Positions 44,335-54,285 of a stretch of DNA of 64,000 bases are shown here, piece by piece. How positions within the stretch are numbered: the first letter of the stretch is position 1; each line of letters opens with the position of its first letter. The notes under the pieces are model-generated. The model was given only the letters and a program-made list of their open reading frames with translations. It searched no databases and was not told where the DNA came from. The translations under genes and the position numbers were made by a program. The stretch lies in contig CAYTPZ010000007.1 of NCBI GenBank assembly GCA_964440095.1, positions 838-64,837 on the forward strand. The letters are read 5' to 3'. The DNA is from an uncultured bacterium. Its GTDB lineage: Bacteria; Krumholzibacteriota; Krumholzibacteriia; JACNKJ01.

Positions 44335-45188
44335 AGATGAACGACAACAGGGTGATGGTCATCGGCGCGGGAACCATGGGAAGCGGCATCGCACAGGTGT
44401 TCGCGGCCAAGGGTTATGAAGTGTTGATGGTGGATGTGACCGAGGACATGCTTGAGCGCGGTTTGAAAACCATCGCGAAAAGTCTCGACCGTCTGATCAA
44501 GAAGGAGAAGATCAGTGAGGCCGACAAGGACGCCATCATGGGGCGTATCGACGGCAGCACCGACATGGCCGCCGGCGCCGATGTGTTCCTGGCCATCGAA
44601 GCGGCCACCGAGAACATGGACATTAAGCGCAAAATCTTCGAACAGCTTTCCGATACGGTGGAAAATGACGCTTGGCTGGCCACCAACACCTCGAGCATTT
44701 CCATTACCGCCCTGGGAACTTCCGTGAAGGATCCCACACGTTTCATCGGTATGCACTTCATGAACCCCGTGCCCATGATGAAACTGGTGGAAGTGATTCG
44801 CGGCCTCGACACGCGCAAGGACGTGGAAGACGGCATCGTCGCCATGAGCGAGAAGCTGGGCAAGGTGCCGGTGCTGGTGAACGATTATCCCGGCTTCGTG
44901 GCCAATCGCATTCTCATGCCCATGATCAACGAGGCCTGCTACACCCTCATGGAAGGCGTGGCCGATAAGGAAGCCATCGACAGTATCATGAAACTGGGCA
45001 TGGCCCATCCCATGGGGCCGCTTACCTTGGCCGATCTCATCGGCCTGGACGTCTGCCTATGGATCATGGAAGTCTTGCATCGCGATCTTGGCGACAGTAA
45101 GTACCGACCCTGTCCCATGCTGCGCAATCTCGTTGCGGCGGGACGCCTGGGCCGCAAAACCGGTCGCGGATTCTACGACTACGAATAG
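44331..45188 (+). CDS. hbd: 3-hydroxybutyryl-CoA dehydrogenase
   Basis: [58 protein letters not shown]. Confidence 0.93.
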   Translation: MKMNDNRVMVIGAGTMGSGIAQVFAAKGYEVLMVDVTEDMLERGLKTIAKSLDRLIKKEKISEADKDAIMGRIDGSTDMAAGADVFLAIEAATENMDIKRKIFEQLSDTVENDAWLATNTSSISITALGTSVKDPTRFIGMHFMNPVPMMKLVEVIRGLDTRKDVEDGIVAMSEKLGKVPVLVNDYPGFVANRILMPMINEACYTLMEGVADKEAIDSIMKLGMAHPMGPLTLADLIGLDVCLWIMEVLHRDLGDSKYRPCPMLRNLVAAGRLGRKTGRGFYDYE

Positions 45189-45196
45189 GAGGGCCT

Positions 45197-45709
45197 ATGC
45201 GCCTGATCCTTTGCCTACTGCTCGCCGTTTTGATTGCTGCGCCTGCGAGCGCCATCCAATCTCAATTGGATGAGATCAGTCGCGGTACCGATCCCTTCGT
45301 ACGCAGCCTCTTCTGGCCTGGGCTCGGGCAGATCCAGCAGGGTCGTATTACCGTTGGCGCAGCCTTCGCCGGTGGAGCCGCTCTGGCTTCCCTTGGAGCG
45401 TTTAATGGTCATCTGAGTTATCACTCTGCGGCCAAAGACTTCCGGAATGCGGGCGATGCTCACGCGGATGCCTTAGCCCTCGGCGACACCGACACGGCTT
45501 GGTACTACTACCAGCAACTGGAAGGCTTGGAGGCTACGGCCAACGACCGCTATGACCAGCGCAAAATCTGGTACGCAGGGCTGGCCACCGTTTGGGTTGC
45601 CAATCTGGTGGATGTCTGGTGGCATTCACGAGGTGGCGATGATCGCGTTGCCTTCGTGCCCCTGATGCAAAAAGATGGCGGCGGCCTGGTCGTCACCCTG
45701 AACTTCTAG
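45197..45709 (+). CDS. DUF5683-like exported/membrane protein
   Basis: Signal peptide, SLFWPGLGQIQQG motif, C-terminal beta-strand ending LVVTLNF. Confidence 0.55.
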   Translation: MRLILCLLLAVLIAAPASAIQSQLDEISRGTDPFVRSLFWPGLGQIQQGRITVGAAFAGGAALASLGAFNGHLSYHSAAKDFRNAGDAHADALALGDTDTAWYYYQQLEGLEATANDRYDQRKIWYAGLATVWVANLVDVWWHSRGGDDRVAFVPLMQKDGGGLVVTLNF

Positions 45710-45717
45710 GAGGCGGC

Positions 45718-46134
45718 GTGCGAAATTCAATCATGATCATCGCCTTGCTCGGCCTTCTCGCCTTCGCAGGGCTTTGGGGATGTGCCGAAGAACACAGCCC
45801 ATTCGAACTGGGAGAATTCCCCGCACCCATTCTGGATGTGAGTATCACCGGTGCGGAGATTCTTGAACTCAGCTGGGATTGGAATGACGAGGAAACCGAT
45901 TGGTACATGATTTACCTGGGTGGTTTCACCGTCGACGAGTTCAACAATGCGGTTCCCATCGACACGCTCATCGATTCCACGGAAACTTCTCCGCGAAGCC
46001 TTCTTGTTCCCGGTCTCACCGAGTTCGATGCAGAACTGGGGGATACGCTCTACCGTTTCATGTACTTCCGGGTGGCGCCCAAGACTAGCGGAGTCGAAGG
46101 ATTCCGCAGCCCCGCCGCCTTTCCTCACAGGTAG
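45718..46134 (+). CDS. Hypothetical lipoprotein (Fn3/Ig-like)
   Basis: Lipobox LWG-C, LSWDW...WYMIY...YFRVAP. SD AGGAGG before the GTG start. Confidence 0.6.
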   Translation: MRNSIMIIALLGLLAFAGLWGCAEEHSPFELGEFPAPILDVSITGAEILELSWDWNDEETDWYMIYLGGFTVDEFNNAVPIDTLIDSTETSPRSLLVPGLTEFDAELGDTLYRFMYFRVAPKTSGVEGFRSPAAFPHR

Positions 46135-46140
46135 GTGAGC

Positions 46141-47211
46141 ATGCGCGCATGTCTCTTGACCTTGCTCCTGCTCCTTCCAGCCGCGGGCCTTCTGGCCCAG
46201 AGCGAATGGATGGAGCTGGAACCTCTAGAGGACAATGACGAGAAGAAGTCGGAGGAAGTTCTTCCACCAAAAACACTGGCGGACCTTCCCAAGAAGTTCA
46301 CCTACCAGGGCAAGGTTCAATACCTGGGGCCCGTGGGCTTCGTCTATCTGGGCGATTACTATTTCATCGAAGAACTCGATCCTCAGATGGCGGCGCTTGC
46401 CTGGCGTCACGCGGCGGAGACCTGGCCTTGGGCCGGTCCCGTGCAGGATCGTTTGAACATCGTTGCGGTGCATGATGGCAACTGGCTGGATGCGGCCAAT
46501 GGTTTTATGCTCGATTATCGCGAGGAAATGCCGCCCCATCGCCAGGTGGATTGGGCCTTAAGCGGCGATATTCCCCTGACCAGTGAGGACATCCAGGACA
46601 TCCCTCAAGCGCCCACGGTGCTGTTTCGCCACGCACTTCAGACCCTTCGCCAGATTCCCGTGGACGATGCGCTTCTCTCGCCGCGCATTTTTCTGGAAGC
46701 TCGCTTGCAGTCTTTGGCCGGATTGGAAAACGCCGCCCTGCGTAGTTTCCAGAAACTTCCGCTGTCGGCATTGGATCTTCCCTGGAGCGATCAAGCTGCA
46801 CTCATGCGCGGGCACCTTTACTATCGCAGTTTCAATCCCGAGCGGGCCCTGCTCGAGTATCAGTCCATTCTCCATCGGCATTCGGAGTTGGGCGGACGCA
46901 TCGAAGAGATTCGCGCGGGCTTCGAACAGCCCCAGATTGAAGGCCAGGGGGAGCAGATGCAACTGTCCACCCAGCTCATCGGCAAAACGGCCGAGGGGCG
47001 TTGGGCCATCACCGCGCCGGAATGGAATCTTTGGCCCTTGGAGTCAATTGTGGGGCCTGGCGAAAGCGACAGTTCACCGCGCATCGTGTATCGCGGCATG
47101 GACTACTGGGTGATCAGTATGCCGCTGGGCTCGGACGAGACCGGTTGGGAGCGCGGCAAGACCGTGATTTTGAGTGGTTATCCCTGGCAGGGTGATCAGC
47201 TAAGCGAGTAG
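46141..47211 (+). CDS. Hypothetical exported protein, helical (TPR-like) middle region
   Basis: Signal peptide MRACLLTLLLLLPAAGLLA. Fills the operon up to the convergent epimerase gene. Confidence 0.55.
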   Translation: MRACLLTLLLLLPAAGLLAQSEWMELEPLEDNDEKKSEEVLPPKTLADLPKKFTYQGKVQYLGPVGFVYLGDYYFIEELDPQMAALAWRHAAETWPWAGPVQDRLNIVAVHDGNWLDAANGFMLDYREEMPPHRQVDWALSGDIPLTSEDIQDIPQAPTVLFRHALQTLRQIPVDDALLSPRIFLEARLQSLAGLENAALRSFQKLPLSALDLPWSDQAALMRGHLYYRSFNPERALLEYQSILHRHSELGGRIEEIRAGFEQPQIEGQGEQMQLSTQLIGKTAEGRWAITAPEWNLWPLESIVGPGESDSSPRIVYRGMDYWVISMPLGSDETGWERGKTVILSGYPWQGDQLSE

Positions 47212-47217
47212 ATCCCC

Positions 47218-47652
47218 TCAATCGGGATATTCCACCAATTCCAAAAGCACGCCGTGGGTATCCTTGGGATGCAGGAAGCAGATGCGCAGGCCACCGGCGC
47301 CCACCGAAGGCGGCGCAATGGGTTTCACGCCGCGTCCCGCAAGTTCAGTAAGGGCGGCGTCGAGGTCGGCAACCTGAAAGGCCGCCTGTTGTAGTCCCTC
47401 ACCGTGTTTCTCAAGGAACTTGGCGATGGGGGAGTCGTCACTCAGGGGCGCCAGCAGCTCCACGCGACAATTACCGCCGTCGAGCATGATCACTTCGACG
47501 CCTTGCTCGGGCAGGCTTTCCCGTTCGGCCTCCACGAAGCCCAAACGCTCTACGTAATCCCTGCGCGCGGTTTCCAGATCATTCACGGCGATTCCCATGT
47601 GGTCGAGCCGCCGGAAAATACCCTTGGGTAGCATTTCCTCGTATCGCTTCAC
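47218..47652 (-). CDS. mce: Methylmalonyl-CoA epimerase
   Basis: LDHMGIAV, EQGVEV, VELLAPL...IAKFLEKHGEGLQQAAF, FLHPKDTHGVLLELVE. Confidence 0.93.
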   Translation of the reverse strand: MKRYEEMLPKGIFRRLDHMGIAVNDLETARRDYVERLGFVEAERESLPEQGVEVIMLDGGNCRVELLAPLSDDSPIAKFLEKHGEGLQQAAFQVADLDAALTELAGRGVKPIAPPSVGAGGLRICFLHPKDTHGVLLELVEYPD

Positions 47653-49301
47653 GCGCCGCCTCCCTGTCGATGTTGACCGAACACTTCGCGCAATGCGTTG
47701 CTGGTTTCTCCGAGGGTGGCGCCCAGGGCCAAGGCATCTTTCAGTTGAGGCATGAGATTGTTTTCCCCGCGGGCAGCCTGTGAGAGTGAATCCAATGCGG
47801 CGCTTACCTTAGATTGATCGCGTGCCTCCCGATAGCGTTCGAGGCGTTCCACTTGTTCATTCTCAAGCTCTGGATTCAAGGTGAAGATTTCGCCGGGTTT
47901 ATCTTCACCACCGTCTTCGAACTTGTTCACGCCCACCACGGACTGATCGCCTTCTTCGATGGCCCTCTGCGCCGCGAAAGCAGCCTCGCCGATTTTTCGG
48001 CGTTGGTATCCCGTTTCAATGGCTGCGGCCGCTCCGCCCAGAGCTTCCACTTCTTCCATCATGGCCCAGGACTCTTCCTCCAGATCCCGGGTCCAGCGTT
48101 CCACCTGCCAACTGCCTCCGAGAGGATCCACCGAGTCCGCCGTTCCGCTTTCCTCGGCGATGACCTGCTGGATTCGAAGGGCGAGCTGAACGGACTCTTC
48201 AGTTGGAAGAGCCAAGGCTTCATCGAAGCTGTTGGTGTGAAGACTTTGGGTGCCTCCAAGCACGGCTGCCAAGGCCTGAAGGGTTACGCGCACCACGTTA
48301 TTGAGAGGTTGCTGGGCGGTGAGAGTTGAGCCGGCCGTTTGACTGTGGAATCGAAGACGCATGAGCTTTTCGTCTTCCACGCCGAACTTCTCGCGCAGGA
48401 TGCGCACCCAAAGTTTGCGAGCCGCACGGAATTTTGCAACTTCCTCAAACAGGTTCGAGTGCACGTTGAAAAAGAAAGACAGACGGGGAAGGAAACGATC
48501 CAGGGGCAGGCCTGCCTTTTGAGCTGCGCGCACGTATTCCACCGCATTGGCGAAAGTGAATGCCAGCTCTTGTGGCGCCGTACTGCCCGCCTCGCGTATG
48601 TGATAGCCGCTAATGGAAATGGTATTCCACTGGGGAGCATGCTCGGCGCACCATGCGAAAGTGTCGGTGATGAGCCTAAGACTCGGCCCCGGCGGCAAAA
48701 TGTAGGTGCCGCGCGCAATGTACTCCTTGAGTACGTCGTTCTGAATGGTGCCGCGCAGAGCGCTTGCCCCAAGACCACGCTTTTCCGCACTGAGCGCATA
48801 GAAGAGCAGTAACTGGGCAGCCGTAGAGTTGATGGTCATGGACGTCGACACCGAGGCCGGATCGATACCGTCCATGAGAATTTCCATGTCTTCCAGCGTG
48901 TCGATGGCCACGCCCACGCGCCCTACTTCATTGGCGGCCAGGGGCGCGTCGGAGTCGTATCCCATTTGTGTGGGAAGGTCGAAGGCTACCGATAGTCCCG
49001 TTTGCCCCTTATCCAGGAGATAGCGAAAGCGCTCATTGGTTTCGCGAGCGGAGCCGAAACCGGCGTACTGGCGCATGGTCCAGAAGCGTCCGCGATACTG
49101 ATTGGGTTGCACACCGCGCACGAAGGGCGCTTGCCCCGGCCATCCCAATTCGGCTTCGGGGTTGAAGCCCGGCATGTCGTCGGGGCCGTAGAGTGTTTTT
49201 ACTTCGCGGCCCGATTGGGTGCGGAAGGGGGATTTGCGCTCACCGAATTTTCCGAGATGAGGGGAGAGGGAACGGTCTTCCCAATCTTTGCGACCGCTCA
49301 T
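47649..49301 (-). CDS. Methylmalonyl-CoA mutase, substrate-binding (large) subunit
   Basis: WTMRQYAGF, LSVAFDLPTQMGYDSD, GTIQNDVLKEYIARG, ISGYHIREAG, GGTQSLHTNSFDEAL. Confidence 0.95.
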   Translation of the reverse strand: MSGRKDWEDRSLSPHLGKFGERKSPFRTQSGREVKTLYGPDDMPGFNPEAELGWPGQAPFVRGVQPNQYRGRFWTMRQYAGFGSARETNERFRYLLDKGQTGLSVAFDLPTQMGYDSDAPLAANEVGRVGVAIDTLEDMEILMDGIDPASVSTSMTINSTAAQLLLFYALSAEKRGLGASALRGTIQNDVLKEYIARGTYILPPGPSLRLITDTFAWCAEHAPQWNTISISGYHIREAGSTAPQELAFTFANAVEYVRAAQKAGLPLDRFLPRLSFFFNVHSNLFEEVAKFRAARKLWVRILREKFGVEDEKLMRLRFHSQTAGSTLTAQQPLNNVVRVTLQALAAVLGGTQSLHTNSFDEALALPTEESVQLALRIQQVIAEESGTADSVDPLGGSWQVERWTRDLEEESWAMMEEVEALGGAAAAIETGYQRRKIGEAAFAAQRAIEEGDQSVVGVNKFEDGGEDKPGEIFTLNPELENEQVERLERYREARDQSKVSAALDSLSQAARGENNLMPQLKDALALGATLGETSNALREVFGQHRQGGGA

Positions 49302-49831
49302 GCGTCCTCCATGATGATGCGGGCCAGGAGCGCACCGGTTTCTACCATTTGGCCGTCGCTCACGAAAACTTCCTGCACGATACCTTCCATCTCGCTGGCG
49401 AGTTCGTTCTGCATTTTCATGGCTTCGAGAATGACCAAGCCTTGGCCCTGTGCCACATGGTCGCCAAGCTTGACAAGACTCTTCACAAGGATGCCGGGCA
49501 TGGGTGCCTTCAGTTCGAACAGCCCTTCCTTGCTGCCACCTCCTGTCAATTCTTCCGCAATGGACTCGAGTTCGTCGCGTACGATCACTTGGGCGCTGGA
49601 AGCCAGAGCGCTCACGGTGAATTGCCCCGAATCCCAGTTCTTCTCAACGAGATCGACCATGTAGGACTGCCCACCGATGATGAGCGAATAGATCTCGTCG
49701 CGCTCGATAACGGTTTGCTCGAGAGTGTGTGTGACGCCGTCCACGGTAATGGCCCAGCGTTCGCCGTCGGGGCTAAGGGACACTTCCTTCTTCTCGCCGT
49801 TCAGGGTGACGACATAGCGATGGGCGCTCAT
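49298..49831 (-). CDS. Biotin carboxyl carrier protein
   Basis: APMPG...ILEAMKMQNEL (biotinyl-Lys motif). ATG at 49831. Confidence 0.92.
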   Translation of the reverse strand: MSAHRYVVTLNGEKKEVSLSPDGERWAITVDGVTHTLEQTVIERDEIYSLIIGGQSYMVDLVEKNWDSGQFTVSALASSAQVIVRDELESIAEELTGGGSKEGLFELKAPMPGILVKSLVKLGDHVAQGQGLVILEAMKMQNELASEMEGIVQEVFVSDGQMVETGALLARIIMEDA

Positions 49832-51351
49832 GATTGCCTCCTGGTCACGGCTTCTTTTCGTGCTGCCAGTTTCCATTTGCTGGGTTTTCGGGAAAAGGCT
49901 TGAAGTCCTGCGAAATTCATACGTCTACCATGCTGATGATAAGCAAGGGTCGCCGCAGCCAAGGCCACGAAGGGGAGGTCCTCGTCTTGCTCCAAGTATT
50001 CGGGGCGAAAGTGTGCGTCGATGAAGTGCGTATCGAAATCGCCCTTCTCGAATGCCGGTTGGCGGAGCAGCCATTGGTGAAAGGGAAGATTCGTTCGGAT
50101 GCCCGCGATGACGAACTCGGTGAACGCTCTTCTCGCTCGCTGAATCACTTCGTTACGCGTCTGTCCATAGATCACCAGCTTGCTAAGCAGGGGATCATAG
50201 TAGATGGGCACGTCGTACTTCTCGTAGATGCCGCTGTCATGGCGAATGCCGGGTCCATTGGGTTCGCGCAGCCTCAGGATTTTCCCGGTGGAGGGCAGGA
50301 AGTCGGTGGCCGGATCTTCGGCGTAGATACGAAACTCCATGGCCCATCCGTGGGGGACCAACTCATCTTGCGTGAAGGGTAACGCTTCGCCGTTTGCGAC
50401 GGCGATCTGCAGCTTCACCAGGTCCACATTGTAGGTGAGTTCGGTTATGGGATGCTCCACCTGCAGGCGCGTGTTCATTTCCAGGAAGTAGAAATCACGA
50501 TTGGCATCGACCATGAATTCCACCGTGCCCGCACCTTCGTAGTCGCAGGTCTTGGCCACCATCACGGCCATTTCGCCCATCTCCCGGCGCATGGCTTCGT
50601 CTACGATGGGGCTGGGGCTTTCCTCGACGACTTTCTGGTGGCGGCGCTGAATGCTGCATTCGCGCTCGCCGAGATAAACCGCGTTGCCCTTGCGATCGGC
50701 CAGTACCTGAATTTCAATGTGCCTCGGTTTTTCAATGTATTTCTCTACAAAGACCGCCGAGTCGGCGAAAGCCTTGGCGGCTTCGGCTTGTGTGGCGTCT
50801 AGCGCAGAGGCCATTTCCGATTCGTCGCGCACCACTCGCATGCCCTTGCCTCCGCCACCTGCAGCGGCTTTGAGCATTACGGGAAAGCCGATTTCGCGAG
50901 CCAGGCGAAGCGCTTCTTCGGGGTCGCCTAAAGCGCCGTCGCTCCCGGGAATCACACGAACTCCGGCCGCGATCATGGCCGCGCGGGCGGTGAGTTTGTT
51001 GCCCATCATTTCCATGGCTTCGGGGCCGGGACCAATGAAGCCGATACCGGCATCGCGCAGAGCCCTGGCGAAGGCGGAGTTTTCCGATAGGAATCCGTAG
51101 CCGGGGTGCACCGCGTCGGCACCGGTCTCGTGCACCGCGTCGAGTATCTTGTCGATGCACAAATAGCTCTCGGTGGAGGGCGCCGGTCCGATGCAAACCG
51201 CTTCGTTGGCGAAGAGCACGTGAGCCGCTTCGCGATCGACCTCGCTGTAGACGGCCACGGAGGGGATTTCCAATTCCCGAAGGGCACGCATGACGCGCAG
51301 GGCGATCTCTCCGCGATTGGCCACCAGTACTTTTGTAATCTTGCCTGCCAC
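49828..51351 (-). CDS. Biotin carboxylase subunit of acyl-CoA (propionyl-CoA) carboxylase
   Basis: LVANRGEIALRV, HPGYGFLSEN, GGGGKGMR, ERECSIQRRHQK, FLEMNTRLQVEHP. Confidence 0.95.
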   Translation of the reverse strand: MAGKITKVLVANRGEIALRVMRALRELEIPSVAVYSEVDREAAHVLFANEAVCIGPAPSTESYLCIDKILDAVHETGADAVHPGYGFLSENSAFARALRDAGIGFIGPGPEAMEMMGNKLTARAAMIAAGVRVIPGSDGALGDPEEALRLAREIGFPVMLKAAAGGGGKGMRVVRDESEMASALDATQAEAAKAFADSAVFVEKYIEKPRHIEIQVLADRKGNAVYLGERECSIQRRHQKVVEESPSPIVDEAMRREMGEMAVMVAKTCDYEGAGTVEFMVDANRDFYFLEMNTRLQVEHPITELTYNVDLVKLQIAVANGEALPFTQDELVPHGWAMEFRIYAEDPATDFLPSTGKILRLREPNGPGIRHDSGIYEKYDVPIYYDPLLSKLVIYGQTRNEVIQRARRAFTEFVIAGIRTNLPFHQWLLRQPAFEKGDFDTHFIDAHFRPEYLEQDEDLPFVALAAATLAYHQHGRRMNFAGLQAFSRKPSKWKLAARKEAVTRRQS

Positions 51352-51359
51352 GCGAACTC

Positions 51360-52910
51360 CTAGAGTGGAATGTTGCCGTGTTTTTTGTGGGGCATGCTCT
51401 GCCGTTTGCCGGCCAGGCTCGCGAGTCCGGCAATGAGCTTGGGACGCGTTTCCTGGGGCAGGATCACATCGTCGATGTATCCCGCTTCAGCCGCAAGATA
51501 GGGATGGCAGAACTTTTCATTGTATTCATCCACCAGTTCCTTGCGACGCGCATCGGCGTCTTCCGCTTCGGCCAATTCCTTGCGGGCCAAAATATTCACA
51601 GCGCCTTCCGCGCCCATGACCGCGAGCTCGGCGGTGGGCCAAGCGTAGTTCAGATCGGCGCGAATGTGCTTGCTGCTCATCACGTCGTAAGCGCCGCCGT
51701 ATGCCTTGCGCAGCACGATGGTCATCTTGGGTACCGTCGCTTCGCAGTAGGCGTAAAGAAGCTTGGCTCCATGCTTGATGATGCCGCCGTATTCCTGATC
51801 TGTGCCGGGAAGGAATCCGGGCACGTCTTCGAAGGTGATGAGAGGAATATTGAAGGCGTCGCAGAAGCGCACGAAGCGTGCACCCTTTAGGCTGGCGGCG
51901 ATGTCCAGGGCGCCGGCCATGACCGCGGGTTGATTGCCAACAAGGCCCACCGACTGTCCGCCAAGGCGCGCAAAGGCCACCACGATGTTCCGCGCGAAGT
52001 CCTTTTGTACTTCGAAAAGGGAGTCCTTGTCGGCTACGAGTTTCATGACATCGGTCACGTCGTAGGCCTGATTGGCTTCGGTGGGAATGATCGTGTCCAG
52101 CGCCGCTTCCTGACGGTCGGGAGGATCGGTGCAGTCGACGGTGGCCGGATCATCCATATTGTTCTGAGGTAGGTAGCTGAGAAGCTTTTTGGTCAGGAGC
52201 AGGGCTTCCTGGTCGTTGCCGGCCATGAAATGGGCCACGCCGCTGCGTGTGTTGTGCGTGCCCGCGCCGCCCAGTTCCTCAAAGCTCACTTCTTCACCGG
52301 TGACCATCTTGATGACGTTCGGGCCGGTCACGAACATGTGGCTGGTGCCGTCGACCATGACCGTGAAATCGGTAATGGCCGGCGAGTAAACCGCGCCGCC
52401 TGCACAGGGGCCCATGATCACGCTGATCTGGGGAATGACTCCACTGGCCAGTGTGTTGCGCAAGAAGATATCGGCATAGCCGCCCAGGCTTGCCACGCCT
52501 TCTTGAATGCGCGCGCCGCCGGAATCGTTGAGTCCGACAACAGGCGCGCCGTTGTCCATGGCCAGATCCATGAGCCGGGCGATCTTGCCGGCATTGGCGC
52601 CGCTCATGGTTCCGCCGAAAACGGTGAAGTCCTGCGCGAAGGCGTAGACCAGGCGACCATCCACCTGACCAAAACCGGCAACCACGCCATCGCCCAAGGG
52701 CTTGTTGTCTTTGATGGCCGGGTCGCTGGACTGATGGGTCACGAAGGTGCCGAGCTCCTGAAAGGTGCCATTGTCGAAGAACAGGTGGACGCGCTCGCGC
52801 GCCGTGAGCCTGCCCGACTCGTGAATCTTGTCGATGCGTTTCTGTCCGCCGCCCAGGCGGGCCTGCTCGCGCTTCTGCTCGAGAATCTCGAATTTGTCTT
52901 CGTGGGCCAT
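51360..52910 (-). CDS. pccB: Propionyl-CoA carboxylase beta (carboxyltransferase) subunit
   Basis: [57 protein letters not shown]. Confidence 0.93.
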   Translation of the reverse strand: MAHEDKFEILEQKREQARLGGGQKRIDKIHESGRLTARERVHLFFDNGTFQELGTFVTHQSSDPAIKDNKPLGDGVVAGFGQVDGRLVYAFAQDFTVFGGTMSGANAGKIARLMDLAMDNGAPVVGLNDSGGARIQEGVASLGGYADIFLRNTLASGVIPQISVIMGPCAGGAVYSPAITDFTVMVDGTSHMFVTGPNVIKMVTGEEVSFEELGGAGTHNTRSGVAHFMAGNDQEALLLTKKLLSYLPQNNMDDPATVDCTDPPDRQEAALDTIIPTEANQAYDVTDVMKLVADKDSLFEVQKDFARNIVVAFARLGGQSVGLVGNQPAVMAGALDIAASLKGARFVRFCDAFNIPLITFEDVPGFLPGTDQEYGGIIKHGAKLLYAYCEATVPKMTIVLRKAYGGAYDVMSSKHIRADLNYAWPTAELAVMGAEGAVNILARKELAEAEDADARRKELVDEYNEKFCHPYLAAEAGYIDDVILPQETRPKLIAGLASLAGKRQSMPHKKHGNIPL

Positions 52911-52954
52911 CGAAGTCCTTGGGATAGAGTTAGTTGCACAACAGCGATGGGGCG

Positions 52955-52983
52955 ATTCTAACCAGCTCGCGGCCCCAGGTCAA
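52955..52983 (-). promoter_or_regulatory. Sigma70-type promoter of the pccB-mce operon
   Basis: Minus strand TTGACC-17 nt-TAGAAT. Confidence 0.7.
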
Positions 52984-53090
52984 GGCGCGGCAACCCGGCA
53001 GAGAAACCCCACTTTCAGACAATGCGGGCTTGAAATCCTGCCAAAGATAGTAGAATTTATGGTGATCTTATGGACCCTTCCGGAGGAAAC

Positions 53091-53591
53091 ATGCACAAGA
53101 TTTTATCCATCGTTCTAGCTGCTGCAATTCTGACATTCGCCGCTGCGGGCGCCATGGCCGAGGGCCAGGTCTTCGGCAAGGGCGTGAGCCTGGAGAAGGC
53201 CGTCAAGGTGAGCGATTTGCTCGAAAACCCCGACAAGTACGTGGGCGAGACCATTCGTGTGGAAGGTATCGCCGTGGGCGTTTGCTCCCATCGTGGTTGC
53301 TGGGTTGAGTTGGCCTCTGACAAGGAAGGCGATACCGTGCGCGTGAAGGTCAAGGACGGTGAGATCGTTTTCCCGCCCGAGCTTCTGGGTTCCGTCCTGG
53401 CCGCAGAGGGTGTCTGGACCGCCAACAAGCTCGACCTGGACACCACCAAGATGGTTTGCGAGCACAGGGCCAAGGAATCCGGCGAAGATTTCGACGCTGA
53501 AAAAGTCACCGAGTGCATGACCCTCTATCAGATCACCGGCACCGGCGCCATCGTTCTGGACACGCCTGAGAAGCCTCTCGAAAAGGGCTAG
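53091..53591 (+). CDS. DUF4920 family exported protein (OB-fold-like)
   Basis: Signal peptide, FG...V.V..LL..P..Y....V.VEG....VC...GCW..L, VKDG.I.FP. ATG at 53091. Confidence 0.75.
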   Translation: MHKILSIVLAAAILTFAAAGAMAEGQVFGKGVSLEKAVKVSDLLENPDKYVGETIRVEGIAVGVCSHRGCWVELASDKEGDTVRVKVKDGEIVFPPELLGSVLAAEGVWTANKLDLDTTKMVCEHRAKESGEDFDAEKVTECMTLYQITGTGAIVLDTPEKPLEKG

Positions 53592-53594
53592 AGG

Positions 53595-54155
53595 ATGTCC
53601 AGATTCCGGCGCGTCTGTCGCTGGTTGCATCGCGAACTGGGTTTCTTCACGGTGGGGCTGACCTTGGTTTACGCCATCAGCGGCCTCGCCGTGAATCATG
53701 CCCATCACTGGGATGCCAACTACCAACGCGGTTTTGAAGTGAGCCACATCGAGCCCGTGGGCACGGGCTTTACCGTGGATATTCTTCCCATCGTGCTCGA
53801 TCGCCTGGCCCTGGAAGATCCTGTGAAGAACAGCTGGCGGGCCAGCGAGGAACACCTTCAGGTTTTCCAAGAGGGCAGCACCCACACGGTAAATCTGGTA
53901 TCGGGTGAGGTCACCACGGAAACCGTGAAGCGCCGGGCCATGCTCTTCGACCTGAACTTCATGCATCTGAACACCGGCAAGGGTTTTTGGACCTGGGTGG
54001 CCGACTCCTACGCCATCATCCTGGCTTTGCTGGCCATCACCGGCATTTTCCTGACGCGAGGCTCCAAGGGCCTTGGAGGCCGTGGGGGAGTGCTAATGGC
54101 CCTGGGCATCGCCCTGCCGCTCATCTACGCCATTTGGATCAACCTGAGTAAGTGA
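53595..54155 (+). CDS. PepSY-associated TM helix domain protein
   Basis: RWLHRELGFF...AISGLAVNH...LNFMHLNTGKG.W.WVAD...ITGIFL. Confidence 0.8.
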   Translation: MSRFRRVCRWLHRELGFFTVGLTLVYAISGLAVNHAHHWDANYQRGFEVSHIEPVGTGFTVDILPIVLDRLALEDPVKNSWRASEEHLQVFQEGSTHTVNLVSGEVTTETVKRRAMLFDLNFMHLNTGKGFWTWVADSYAIILALLAITGIFLTRGSKGLGGRGGVLMALGIALPLIYAIWINLSK

Positions 54156-54224
54156 ACTTGAACGTGAACTTGAACTGCGATTCGAGTGGTTCTGGTTCAA
54201 GTTCACGTTCAGGTTCAGGTTGAT
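54138..54224. repeat. Inverted array of (T/G)TGAAC / GTTCA(N) hexamers forming a long hairpin
   Basis: 54153-54175 pairs with 54195-54217 (22 of 23 match). Outer ATCAACCTGA / TCAGGTTGAT. Confidence 0.8.
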
Positions 54225-54247
54225 TTTCCCGCTTAACGGGAAAAACC

Positions 54248-54284
54248 TTGCACTTGATTTATAGTGATACTATAGTGTCACTAT
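54248..54284 (+). promoter_or_regulatory. TA promoter with overlapping palindromic operator
   Basis: TTGCAC-17 nt-TATAGT. Palindrome ATAGTGATACTATAGTGTCACTAT (54261-54284, 11 of 12 pairs). Confidence 0.75.
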
Positions 54285-54285
54285 T

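Noticed and set aside
47649-49301. Isobutyryl-CoA mutase, suggested by neighbouring hbd and crt
   Set aside because: The specificity position is Tyr (RQYAGF) with the conserved Arg, which matches methylmalonyl-CoA mutase.
54137-54225. Canonical integron attC site
   Set aside because: The R boxes only partly fit RYYYAAC/GTTRRRY, the L boxes and unpaired central spacer do not register, and there is no intI. Kept only as attC-like.
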